Shown here: in pieces, positions 40,291-52,714 of the stretch
Layout of the letters: the number at the start of each line of letters is the position of its first letter
How positions within the stretch are numbered: the first letter of the stretch is position 1
Assembly (NCBI GenBank): GCA_951406725.2
Contig: OX597817.1
Location: 127,410,001-127,474,000, forward strand
Origin: Octopus vulgaris
Lineage: Eukaryota
DNA length: 64,000 bases
Reading direction: 5' to 3'
Notes under the pieces: model-generated
What the model saw: only the letters and a program-made list of their open reading frames with translations
Databases searched by the model: none
What the model was told of the DNA's origin: nothing
Translations under genes and position numbers: made by a program

Positions 40291-40424
40291 TACATATTAC
40301 AGCTGTTTCAGCCATGAAGATATGGGTATCTCATTATGTTCATATTAGCCAGGTGTGATAAGTTAATATGTGGTTATAAATGAGACACTTACAAAAATAT
40401 CCCAAGGCCTCTTCAGAGATTATA
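40291..40424 (-). ncRNA. Hammerhead-like motif with palindromic stem III and imperfect stem I
   Basis: Minus strand TCT-CTGAAGA-GGCC...GGCT-GAAA-CAGCTG-TA-ATA; mismatch at the second pair of stem I. Confidence 0.55.
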
Positions 40425-40677
40425 AAGTACAAACTAAACTAAATATGAATATCAGAGGAGGTACACCCATACAAGAGTGGGTACATACCCATAATATATA
40501 ATATACACATACATATGAGTGCATATACCCATACTCCTATATATATATATATATATATAACTGTGGCTGGCATGCGTTTATATGCTTGTACACTTATGAA
40601 CTTTGCTATGATGTAAATTAATATTTTTCATTTTATATGTATTTGCCGATCTATAATGTTTTGCATTGTACAGTATT

Positions 40678-40710
<33 letters not shown>

Positions 40711-40826
40711 GCTATTATGTTGCTATACCAATATATTTTGATGTTGATGTATTCTACCTGATTTTTTTCCACATAATATGTACAGTGAACCGCGTGATGC
40801 ATATATTGTTTTGCTGGTATTATGTT

Positions 40827-40867
<41 letters not shown>

Positions 40868-41212
40868 TAATATTAGTAGCAATAGTGGCAATGGTAATAA
40901 TAATGATGGTAATATTAATGGCATTTTGTAACTTAATATAATGAACTTTTGACTTTGTAGATGTGCATTTGAATATAGATATATGTATGTTTGTATATTG
41001 TAATATTCTAATATATTGTTTTGACCAACTGTAACCCTGAATATAGAACATATGTATGTATATTGTTGTATATTATTATGTATATGTGTATATATATATA
41101 GGAGTATGGGTATATACACCCATATGTATGTGTATATTATATATTATGGGTATGTACCCACTCTTGTATGGGTGTACCTCCTCTGATATTCATATTTAGT
41201 TTAGTTTGTACT

Positions 41213-41348
41213 TTATACTCTCTGAAGAGGCCTTGGGATATTTTTGTAAGTGTCTCATTTATAACCACATATTAACTTATCACACCTGGCTTAATATGAG
41301 CATAATGAGATACCCATATCTGCATGATTGAAACAGCTGTAATATGTA
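41213..41348 (+). ncRNA. Hammerhead-like motif, degenerate mirror copy
   Basis: CTGAAGA at 41222-41228, GAAA at 41330-41333, CAGCTG-TA; stem II is GGCC/GATT and decayed. Confidence 0.45.
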
Positions 41349-41777
41349 GTTTATATTTATATTTATATTTATTTATATTCACTTATACATATTGTATTTA
41401 TTGTATCATATTACTCATTGATGTGCATTGTTTTGTTCTATACTATTATGTTTGACCTTGATGTTCATATGTAGTGGTTTAATAAATTATGTGATTGGGT
41501 ATTATCTGGTAGTTGATTATTGATTAAGGTGTATTTCTCCATTTTCTTATTTTGTATTATTAATTTGTGGTAAAACATTTTACCTTTGCCCATATAATAC
41601 AATAAATGAATTGATTGCATCGCAATTCTTAACATTTATGTATTAACTTTGTTGGGTGCTTTACTGGCAGTATATTGGATATATGTTATCCCATGGTGGG
41701 TTGCACTCACAACCTATCTCAATTTGTATATACATATATATACATACATATATATATATATACACATATATATATAT

Positions 41778-42216
41778 ATTATTTTGTTAAGGTTATTTCT
41801 TCAGATATTCGATAGAAATTATAGCCAGCATTGATTTTTGCTACAACGTTTCGCATCGCGACGTCAAATGTAAACAAACGATGACATCAAAGACAAAAAT
41901 GTGTTATGAGTGTATATGCTATACTTCGTGGGGTTTTACCCCTTCATCAGTATCCATCTAACTTATTCTCGCCTCCAAACACATTGTTTATATTCCAACC
42001 GCATAGAGTGGTGATAAGTTATTGGATGTACCAATTTACATTCGTGGAGCTTGGTTCGTGAATACTAATGATTTTCGTGGAGCTTGGTTCGTGAATACTA
42101 ATGATTTGTAGGTACTTGATATTTCGTTATGCAACCATATCTTATAAAGTAACTACAAATCATTAGTATTTATAATTTCTGCAGAACATCTGTAGATATA
42201 ACCTTAACAAAATAAT
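41778..42216. mobile_element. Short fold-back or MITE-like element with 46-bp inverted ends
   Basis: ATTATTTTGTTAAGGTTAT...AGAAATTATA (41778-41823) pairs with TATAATTTCT...ATAACCTTAACAAAATAAT (42171-42216). Confidence 0.75.
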
Positions 42217-42324
42217 GTAAAGAGCACTGCTAACGCAGTAGAACTTGGTATTGTCTTATCATTAATATACTTTATATTATATGGTTGCCTAACGAAATAC
42301 CACGTACCTACAAATGTATATATA

Positions 42325-42558
42325 TTCTTTTTTATTTTGTTTCAGTCATTTGACTGTGGTCATGCTGGAGCACTGCTTTTAGTCGAGAAAAGTGACCCCA
42401 GGACTTATTATTTGAAAGCCTAGTACTTATTCTATCGGTCGCTTTTGCCAAAACGCTAATTTACGGGAACATAAACACACCAGCATCGGTTGTCTAGTGA
42501 TGTTGGGAGGACAAACATAGACACACAAACATATACATGCACATACATACATACATAC

Positions 42559-42636
<78 letters not shown>

Positions 42637-42787
42637 GACAGGCTTGTTTCAGTTTCCGTCAACCAGATCCACTCACAAGGCTTGCTATAGCAGACGACAG
42701 TTGCCCAAGGTGCCACGGAGTGAGACTGAACCAGAACCATGTGGTTACTAAGCAAGCTAGTTGCCACACAGCCACTCCTGCACCTAT
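42325..42787 (-). mobile_element. SINE family B, full length
   Basis: Reverse complement of 44371-44785 with an expanded internal (TA)n. Confidence 0.87.
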
Positions 42788-44370
42788 ATATATATTATAT
42801 GGCCGTTTATGTTACGACTGAAGCTAAAGCAAAGGACGTTTTCAGAAATCATCTCGTTTGCCTATGAAAAATCTCTTATTCTTGATTGTGGGTGATTGGT
42901 ATGGTTTCTTATACGTACGTAGAGATTGTGTAGAAACTTCTCAAAGAGGAAATCCTTGCAAATATCTGTGTGTTTACATCTGCGCACACGTGTGCGCTCA
43001 CATACATACGCTCGTACATAGTTACACACGCATAGGCAAACGTAATCAATGTTTATGTGGGAATATATGTGTATGCGCTTTTGTACATGGATATATGTGT
43101 ATATGTTCCTTAGCATGAGAGTATATTTGCGCATGGGATATGTATATGTGTAAGGATATGCATGCTAGATATCCTAAAATTTTTCATCATATTGTTTCCT
43201 GTCTGAATCAGGGAAAGTGTAATATATTGCAATGAAGTAGGGACATTGGAAGAATTATGACCAAACAGTGAAGTGAATATGAATTGAAATGCTTTCAAAC
43301 GTGTATTCCAAAACACATGAGTATCTTGATTTAGCATGTACAAACTTCTTATTCTATGATATTTTAGTACTGTGGTCGTGCACGTTAATACAACTCATAT
43401 CAATCCAGCAGTATTATAGCACATTTTATTTCATGTAAATTGTCATGAATCACTTGACCCGCTGCAGCGCAGCAACACAACCTGAACCATCATTTCTCAT
43501 CATATTACAAGCACTTAAATCAAGCGATCTTGTTATGCTTCTATATAAACATCCAGTTACATTGTCTGACAGTGAGATTTTACAGTACAGATCTGTCAAT
43601 AAGTGTATAAGAAAAAGTATTTCTTATTTCGATTCAATAATTTTTATGTATAATTCATTAATATAATAACTTCCTAATGGTGCAATATATGTAGTTTGAT
43701 TTCATGTCCAGTTATTGCCTTATTTGCATTATGAGGTGGATGTAATGTCTGCAAATTAGGTTTCATCAGAGTTTATGTGAAACAGATGAGTATTAGTGCG
43801 TATATCTCACTCTCTTTTTCTCTTTTCTCTCACACTTGCTCTCTATCCCCCTCTCTCTCTCTTTCTCTTGCCCGTCATCTTCATCTCGTCTCTCTCTCTC
43901 TATCTATCTCTATCTCATTTAATTGTATATATTTTAATTGTTTGTTTATTCATGTTTCGTCTCATTCGATATCCTGACCCCAACGTTTGTTTTGTCCCCT
44001 CTTTTTCTCAACCTTATGGTGAATAAAGAAATACTCTCTCTCTCTCTCTCTCTCTCGTTGTATCTCTCTCTCCACTCAGCTCTTTCTCTCGTCTCTCTCT
44101 CTCCTGTCTTGCCCTGATATATATCTGTATAGCAGGCAGTTCATCTGCCGAACGTACTGATGAAATTATGTTTCCGTAAAATTTTCTATAAACTAATTAC
44201 ATCAGCCGGTTGCAATACAAAACAGAAGTGTTACTGTTCAGTACAGTTATTGACAAATCTATATTTTTTTGGTAGTTTGTTTATATTTAAAAAATTGTTG
44301 CTTCAAATCGGAGAATAAATATCATTATGATATATATTATATACAGTTATTATATATACATATATATAAT

Positions 44371-44785
44371 AGGCGCAGGAGTGGCTGTGTGGTAAGTAGC
44401 TTGTTTACAAACCACATGGTTCCGGGTTCAGTCCCACTGCGTGGCACCTTGGGCAAGTGTCTTCTACTATAGCCTCGGGCCGACCAAAGCCTTGTGAGTG
44501 GATTTGGTAAACGGAAACTGAAAGAAGCCCGTCGTATATATGTATATATATGTATGTATGTGTATCTGTGTGTGTCTGTGCGTCTGTCCCCCTGGCATTG
44601 CTTGACAACCGATGCTGGTGTGTTTATGTCCCCGTCACTTAGCGGTTCGGCAAAAGAGACCGATAGAATAAGTACTGGGCTTACAAAGAATAAGTCCCGG
44701 GGTCGAGTTGCTCGAGTAAAGGCGGTGCTCCAGCATGGCCGCAGTCAAATGACTGAAACAAGTAAAAGAGTAAAAGAGTAAGAGT
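44371..44785 (+). mobile_element. tRNA-derived SINE family B, full length (best reference copy)
   Basis: A-box TGGCTGTGTGG, B-box GGTTCAGTCC, CORE-like GGCACCTTGGGCAAGTG, internal TA/TG tract, (GAGTAAAA)n tail. Confidence 0.9.
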
Positions 44786-44801
44786 ATGTATGTGTATGTA
44801 C

Positions 44802-44860
<59 letters not shown>

Positions 44861-45720
44861 AACATATATATACATATCTATCTATATATGTATATGTCCA
44901 TACTTGAAGTATCAAAAACATGTGGATATAACTGTTATATTGATAATGTCATAAACACTTTCCACTAATGAAACCAAACAAAATTAATCCGTATCGTATT
45001 TTCATACAAAGATTAGTATAGATACCTGCAATCATTAGGAATCTTGAGGGAAACATATTCATAAACATTTCTTTCTCAAACATACTCTCTCTAACACATA
45101 CATTGTGTTATTAATTCAAGCTAGTGGAATGTCATATCAACTGTGCTTCGTTCATTCTTTGATAAAATGTACCAAAAAGGGTGAGAGTGACTTTGTCTGT
45201 CTATTAAACATCTGTAGGTGCTGCATGTTATGAAATTATGCCATCTTTCAGAAATTGCAGGATTTTGAAATTGCTACCGAATAGGAGAGTTCAAAGGGGA
45301 AATTAAACTAGTTAAACTGTTTAAGATAATTTTCAATTCATCTCAGATGTTCTAATAATCACTTAACTGTAAATAAATGTTTATTAACAGTTTAATCGAA
45401 GCGCCGACATTATTTGCTTGAAGAAATTTTCTCTATAAGTTTCTTCCTATCAGAGGAACAAAGAGATATTTCTCCTCTAATAAAATACTCAATTAACTTG
45501 GAAACATGTTTAGGCCATCTTATTTTTTTGTGTACGAATCAAAAATCAAGATGTATTCAAATGTATTTAAATTTACACAGTGGAAGAGTTAAACAATTGC
45601 CGATTATAATACTATCAATATTTCTAAGGGTTTCTTACCGCACGGACTCTAATAACATATACGCATTTATATACACATATTTGCTTATATAAGCTTGTAT
45701 GTGCATACATACGCCATACG

Positions 45721-46655
45721 TACGAGGTATATTCAAAAGTTACCCGACGTATTTTTGCCGCCAAAACTAATTCAGTGGGAGCAAAAAATTCTTTTGATGG
45801 TTGATGACACCACTCCTTCTGAGTATACATCAAAATTTCTGCGCCGATAGGACGCATCAGTTCCCGGCAGTCACACTTATACAGACGTGTAGTATGCCCT
45901 CGACGGATCGATTTTTTGCTTTCACTGAAGGTATTCAGCAGAGATATTGCATCCAATATTGTCAAAAGCTCTGTAGTACTCGAGCTTAAATAATCCAGAA
46001 GATTTAACAGATCATTGACGGTGATGCTATGGGCAAACTTTAAATCATGGAGTGGTACAACCGTTTCAAGCATGGCCATACCTCATATTCAAGACATATT
46101 CAAGCATATTCAAGCAGGCCATCGGCAAGCTGAAACTAGAACTCGATTGAGAATATTCGGCGAGAAGTCATGAGAGACCGCCGTGTAACAATCCAAGAAA
46201 TCACTCATGAAGAGGAAATAAGCACATTCTATTTTAGCGAAGTATTTGCGAGTGCAGAGAATCGACGAAGAAATAAAATCGGATACTTTTTGAACACAGC
46301 GCGTAATCCATTCTTTCCTCGTCAAAAACAATGCATCACTTGTTCAACAGGTTCCCTACTCTCCCTACTTTCACTCCCCTTCCTTGGCACTGTATGATTT
46401 TGGTTCTTCTCCAACCAGAAAACCACGTTAAAAGGGAATCGATTTGAGTTACCAGTGGAAATTGTGAGAAAAGTGACCTCAGCGCTCAACAGCATTGCAG
46501 AGAAGGCGTTCCAGAGGTGTTACTAACAGTGAAATAGCCGCTGGAAGAAGTGTGTGAATTCCCGAGAGGAGTATTTTGAAGGTGATCAAATAACATTTAT
46601 GAAAAGTACATTTTTTTATGCCCTAAACCGGACACTTTTTGAACGCAATTCCTAT
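45721..46655 (+). mobile_element. Decayed mariner-family transposon, rearranged
   Basis: Left TIR-like TACGAGGTATATTCAAAAGTTACCCGA; right TIR-like ends at about 46280-46305 and 46628-46655; PYSP..LA..DF and TLKGNRFE-like transposase C-terminal remnants. Confidence 0.7.
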
Positions 46656-47679
46656 ACATGCATATGTATTCATACATACAAACCTAAGTACGTACGTATG
46701 TATGTATGTATGTATGTACGTATGTATGTATGCATGCATGTATGTATGTATGTATGTATGTATGTATGTATGTATGTATGTATGTATGTATGTATGTATG
46801 TATGCATGTACGTATGTAGCACTATATGTAGTTGTCATATAATTTTTCCCCTATTTTCCTCTCCTGGTGCATCTCTCTTTCACGCCCTATCTAATTAAAG
46901 TTTTCTTTAATTATAATTATTTGCCTGAAATTTCAATGCATAGGGAATTTACTTCCTTTCAATGAACGTATTAGAATCTAATTAATTAGATTTTTATAAT
47001 TAAAATGCATTCTGACCCAAAACTACATCATTTTACGAAGGATTTTAGGTTTTGAAAATCAGTCAAAATTTCATTGTGATAAAGTTTAGTACAAAAACTT
47101 GTTAATATAATATAACTGTGACTTCGCAAAAACATGGAATCACTTTCTATATTAATGATTGTTATTGTATCAGAAGTGCGGTAGTAGCAAAATCTGTGAA
47201 ATATAAGTATAAATTTTTCCTGTATTGTCAGATATATATTTACCTGTGAGTTAAAAATCATACCACTGTTAATATGTTTTTTCATCCTTCTGAAGTACAC
47301 ATTTTTTTTCTCTCTGCTAGAGTCTTTTTCTTTTCATCTTTTTCAAGTCGATTCCACTTTTTTCCCCTTTTCAAGGCCATTTTTTACTGTCTTCCCTCTT
47401 GAGTTGATTTCTTTCCATCTATGGACATTTTCTTATCTCTTCCTTCAGGAATTCACTTCCCTTTTGCTACATTGAGTTCATTTCCTCTCGTTCTTCTGCA
47501 GTCAACTTCATTGTAATCCTCTTGGGCTCAATAAATTAAATACTGGTCATTTAAGCAATTACCTTTAAAATAATATAACAGCCTCCGAAAGCTATGTCTA
47601 ATTAAAAATAATTATTTAGTAGAAAGATGATAAATAAAATCCTTCTGATATGTTACGTTGGATATTCTGTCAGCGTGAA

Positions 47680-47860
47680 AGGTGGTAAACCTGCAGAACC
47701 GTTAACAACCCTGGCAAAATACTTAGCTACATTTTGTCCATCTTTACGTTCTGAGTTCAAATTCAGCCGTGACCGTGATCGTCTTTGCTTATCATCCTTT
47801 CGAGGTCGATAAAATAAGTACTAGTTGTGCACTGCTGGTTAATGTAGTCGAATGACCTTA
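47680..47860 (+). mobile_element. SINE family A, diverged
   Basis: TTACGTTCTGAGTTCAAATT..TCATCCTTTCGAGGTCGATAAAATAAGTAC. Confidence 0.75.
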
Positions 47861-48388
47861 TGCCAAAATTTCAAATCAATATTGTGATTAGAGTGAACTT
47901 TCGAAGAGCAGGGTGTAATTTACACAAGTTATTACCCTCTTTCAATCTACCCCATTACTCACCGCAAGGTTTGAGGTCTTGGTAGAAGGCACTTGCCCAG
48001 GCTACCACCTACTGTAATTGAATCTGGAATCTCATGAATGTAAGGCGAACTTCTTTACCATATATATATATATATGACAAAATCTATTTAACCATTACAT
48101 AATGTCACCATTTATTATCTTTTATTACACTTAATTATCTATTAACATTTTTTGGTATTTAATTCATTTTAGCATCTTCTTGTATATTATTATATTTTGA
48201 ATAAAATTTTCATTGAATTTAAGTTCATATTGTTGCAGTCATGTAATCTCTTCTGTCTTTGGTCATTGGATTGCATCCAACTATAAAGTGCCGTTACGAA
48301 CTTCAAGTAATTCAGACTTTTATATAACCCCTACTGCAATAGTTATTTCGATCTATATTTATCGAGTTGTTTAATTTAATATATATAT

Positions 48389-48460
<72 letters not shown>

Positions 48461-49234
48461 TTTAGATATATATTGGACATAAAACTAATTTTAAAAGCAG
48501 AGTTATAGTTATACACATAAGGGTTATTTATGGAGAGTTTGATGGAGCTTAAGAAGAGGTTTCGTCGCGTCTGTGGTAATTATATGTACCAGTCCACAAT
48601 TCCTTCCTCCTGTTAAACTACTTGACAGAGACGAGCGTCAAAACTGATCCTAATCTTCCCAGTGACTTTTGGTTGTTCCACATGGTGAAGGGGAACCTCA
48701 TGGGCAATCATTTTGAAAACACTAGGAAGATGAAGGAACCATTGTCACAGCTTTCTTCATCTTCTATGGGACTTCTATGGGGCCTTCACAAAGTGGCTGG
48801 AGAGCGGCATTAAAGTACATTTACTACAGAGGATTGTACTTTGAAGATTAGTTTTGCAACTTGTTTTGAAATTAATGAATGTCTCCCATCAAAATGTCTC
48901 AAAACTTCTAAAATGAACCTTGTATATTTCATGCTTCGTGGATGGGAGCAACAGAGTAGAACCAAAAATGATGAAGCAAACATTTTACCGTATTTCGTGA
49001 CATTACATTTGATCTAGTCTTCTGGTTTTCCTAGAGTTAATTGTTTTATTCCACTCATCTGGAAGTGATAAAACATATACAAGTCAGTAAGTGACTTCGA
49101 TTAGTTCGTGACATTATCCATCTTGAAATGAATAATATTAGATTAGGATATACAGAGATTATTAAGTGCTTAATGTATAGCTGTCAGATAAAAGGTTTCT
49201 TAGAGAGGAAGTGTTATAAGTAGTGTGAAGGCAG

Positions 49235-49302
<68 letters not shown>

Positions 49303-49714
49303 TACTCTCTTTTACTCTTTTACTTGTTTCAGTCATCTGACTGTGGCCATGCTGGAGCACCGCCTTTAGTCGAGCAAATGGATCCCAGGACTTATTCTTT
49401 GAAAGCCTAGTACTTATTCTATCGATCACTTTTGCCGAACAGCTAGGTTACAGGGACGTAAACACACCAGCATCGGCTGTCAAGCGATGTTGGGCGGATA
49501 AATGCAGACACACAAACATATACGCACACATACATATATACGTATATATACATATATACGATAGGCTTCTTTCAGTTTCCGTCTACCAAATACAATCAAG
49601 GCTTTAGTCGACCCGAGGCTAGAGTAAAAGGCACTTGCCCAAGGTGCCACGCGCACTGAACCCGGAACCATGTGGTTCGTAAGCAAGCAACATACAACAC
49701 AGCCACTCCTACGC
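49303..49714 (-). mobile_element. SINE family B, full length
   Basis: Reverse complement of 44371-44785. Confidence 0.87.
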
Positions 49715-50231
49715 TATATATATATATGTATGTATGTATGTATATGTATATATGTATATATATAATAAATTAATAAATAAAGAAAGCATATGCATATATT
49801 CATACATATATGTACGTACCTACCTCTACATGTATATATACATGCATATATGGGTACAGGACACCAAAAAAACGTCGAACACAATGAGAAACGAAAACAT
49901 AAACACAAAACCAAGGAAATGGACATTTTTTAAAAACAACGAAAAAATAGAGTACAGGACATACAAAACAAGGAAAATTCCCCTTCTTCAGTCGCCTTAA
50001 TTTCATCTACTCCACGTTTCGAAGGTCAAGGTAATACATGGATTCAATGAAATTTTCCTTCCCTCGAAAATCAAATTAAATAAAATTTGAGATTTTTTGC
50101 GGAGGGGTAAATATGGTAATAAAAACAGGACAGTAACGACAGTACAAAATATTAACAGTAAAAGACAGGACACGGAAAATAACAGTAACACAAACAAGAA
50201 GGGCTGTTAAGCCAAACGAGATAATTTTGTT

Positions 50232-50281
<50 letters not shown>

Positions 50282-50305
50282 AGTATGTATGTATGTATGT
50301 ATGTA

Positions 50306-50341
<36 letters not shown>

Positions 50342-50809
50342 AGAACTGAGGCCCTCTCAGAGTGTGAGGCCTAGTGAACACTTAAATTTATATTTAATGT
50401 AAGAAGATTGTCAACAGACAGCCATGGAAAACGAATCCACATACCTCAAGATTCCGGATGAGTGATTTACCATTAAGCTAAACTTCTAGCGGCCATACTT
50501 ACACTGATTTAAATGCGTTAAATTGTTAACCGAACAACACATGTAAGTAATTATAAGCGTTTTATTAGAAGTGTCGAAAAGTGTATTGTACGATACAAAA
50601 AAAAGACCTTTTTTCGACTTTGTAAGGGTAATTTACCCAATATTCCTGCGGTTCTAACGGCAAAATCCGCGTTCGAAAACAAAATCATCTTGCTTGCATC
50701 GTACAGTACACATTTCGCCGCTTATCATAAAATGAACGCCAGTTTGTTCATATTTATACAAACATACACACACACACATAAATATATATATAAATATACA
50801 TATATATGC

Positions 50810-50894
<85 letters not shown>

Positions 50895-51495
50895 CTGAGG
50901 CTCTCTCATAGTGTGAGGCCTAGTGAACACTTAAATTTATATTTAATGTAGGATAAAACTTTTTCGAAAAAATTTTATGAATGGCTAGCATATTAAAAAA
51001 TACCTTAAAAGGTTAAAATTATAAACAACTTATAAATAAGGGCAAACGAAAAAATTCTAATGCCAAATATTCCGAAAAATTGTCCATTACCATATAATTT
51101 TTAACAATAATATGTTAATAATGGATTTTTTGGGAAATTTCTGTCGGCTTTTTTTCGAGTAGCGTGCGTATTGTGAAAAAATATATGGTAATGGACAATA
51201 TGTCCAATTTTTCGGCATATTTGGCATTAGAAATTGTTTCGTTTGCTCTTATTTATAAGTTGTTTATATTTTTAACCTTTAAAGTATTTTTAATATGCTG
51301 GCCATTGATAAAATTTTTTTCGAAAAAATTTATCCTACATTAAATATGAGAGCCTCAGTTCAAATCGCACGTGTCTTGAATGGGCTGGAGTATTTCTATT
51401 TTGGATGTATTTGGGGTACTTAATTGTGCTCATGACTTAGTATTTTGCTTTTTCCATGGGTATGAGTAAGTATCTCATTTATTTCTTTACCACAT

Positions 51496-51554
51496 TTATC
51501 ACTGACGAAGGAGGGTTCTTACCAACTATCCCTGAAATCGGTCCGATATGGTAA
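51496..51554 (+). ncRNA. Type I hammerhead ribozyme, copy 1
   Basis: TTATCA-CTGACGA-AGG...CCT-GAAA-TCGGTCCGA-TA-TGGTAA; predicted cleavage after 51548; stem II one G shorter than copy 2. Confidence 0.82.
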
Positions 51555-51933
51555 TAATGGATTTTTTGGGAAATTTCTGTCGGCTTTTTTTCGAGTAGCG
51601 TGCGTATTGTGAAAAAATATATGGTAATGGACAATATGTCCAATTTTTCGGCATATTTGGCATTAGAAATTGTTTCGTTTGCTCTTATTTATAAGTTGTT
51701 TATATTTTTAACCTTTAAAGGTATTTTTTAATATGCTGGCCATTGATAAAATTTTTTTCGAAAAAATTTATCCTACATTAAATATGAGAGCCTCAGTTCA
51801 AATCGCACGTGTCTTGAATGGGCTGGAGTATTTCTATTTTGGATGTATTTGGGGTACTTAATTGTGCTCATGACTTAGTATTTTGCTTTTTCCATGGGTA
51901 TGAGTAAGTATCTCATTTATTTCTTTACCACAT

Positions 51934-51993
51934 TTATCACTGACGAAGGGAGGGTTCTTACCAACTATCCCTGAAATCGGTCCGATATGGTAA
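51934..51993 (+). ncRNA. Type I hammerhead ribozyme, copy 2
   Basis: TTATCA-CTGACGA-AGGGA...TCCCT-GAAA-TCGGTCCGA-TA-TGGTAA; 6-bp stem I, 5-bp stem II, near-palindromic stem III, AUA triplet; predicted cleavage after 51987. Confidence 0.88.
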
Positions 51994-52141
51994 TAGTGGA
52001 ATTTTTTAGAAATTTCTGTCGGCTTTTTTTCGAGTTGCGTGCGTATTGTGAAAAATTATATGGTAATGGACAATATGTCCAATTTTTCGGCATATCAGGC
52101 ATTAGAAATTCTTTTGTTTGCCCCTATTTATAAGTTATATA

Positions 52142-52291
<150 letters not shown>

Positions 52292-52573
52292 ATGTGTGTG
52301 TGTATATATATATATGAATATACTTACATCGTAGTGAGAATCAATCATTCTCAAATCCAAGGAATTCATAAAATTTATTTTGCTAAGTATTTCAGATTTG
52401 AATCTCGTCAGTTTTGCAGAAAGTTTGATATTAAAATACTTCCAAAAGTTTTTGCTACGTATTTGCAAACATCTATTTATTTAATTATTTATTTATTATT
52501 ATTATTATTATAACTACTACTACTATTTACTATTATTATTATTATTATTGACTATTACTACTATTATTATTAC

Positions 52574-52624
<51 letters not shown>

Positions 52625-52625
52625 G

Positions 52626-52696
<71 letters not shown>

Positions 52697-52714
52697 TATT
52701 ATTATTATTACTAC

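Larger units (their letters stand above)
40088..41557. mobile_element. Large fold-back element with about 465-bp inverted arms, each carrying a hammerhead-like motif
   Basis: 40088-40550 is the reverse complement of about 41090-41557 with few mismatches. Each arm contains CTGAAGA-GGCC...GAAA-CAGCTG-TA. Confidence 0.88.
50892..52136 (+). mobile_element. Retrozyme-like or non-autonomous PLE array: inverted partial unit plus about 2.3 tandem units of 436-439 nt, each full unit ending in a hammerhead
   Basis: Units 51113-51548 and 51549-51987 and a partial unit 51988-52136 are near identical. 50892-51108 is the reverse complement of 51170-51361 with a short insertion. No ORF; (TA)n on both flanks. 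Confidence 0.88.

Noticed and set aside
44150-44250. CTGATGA with possible stem I (also at about 4725, 5200, 59002 and 62844)
   Set aside because: No correctly placed GAAA with pairable stems II and III; CUGANGA alone occurs often by chance.
51113-52136. CRISPR-like or simple satellite interpretation of the tandem array
   Set aside because: Eukaryotic context, no short repeat/unique spacer pattern and no cas genes; the units are long and ribozyme-bounded.
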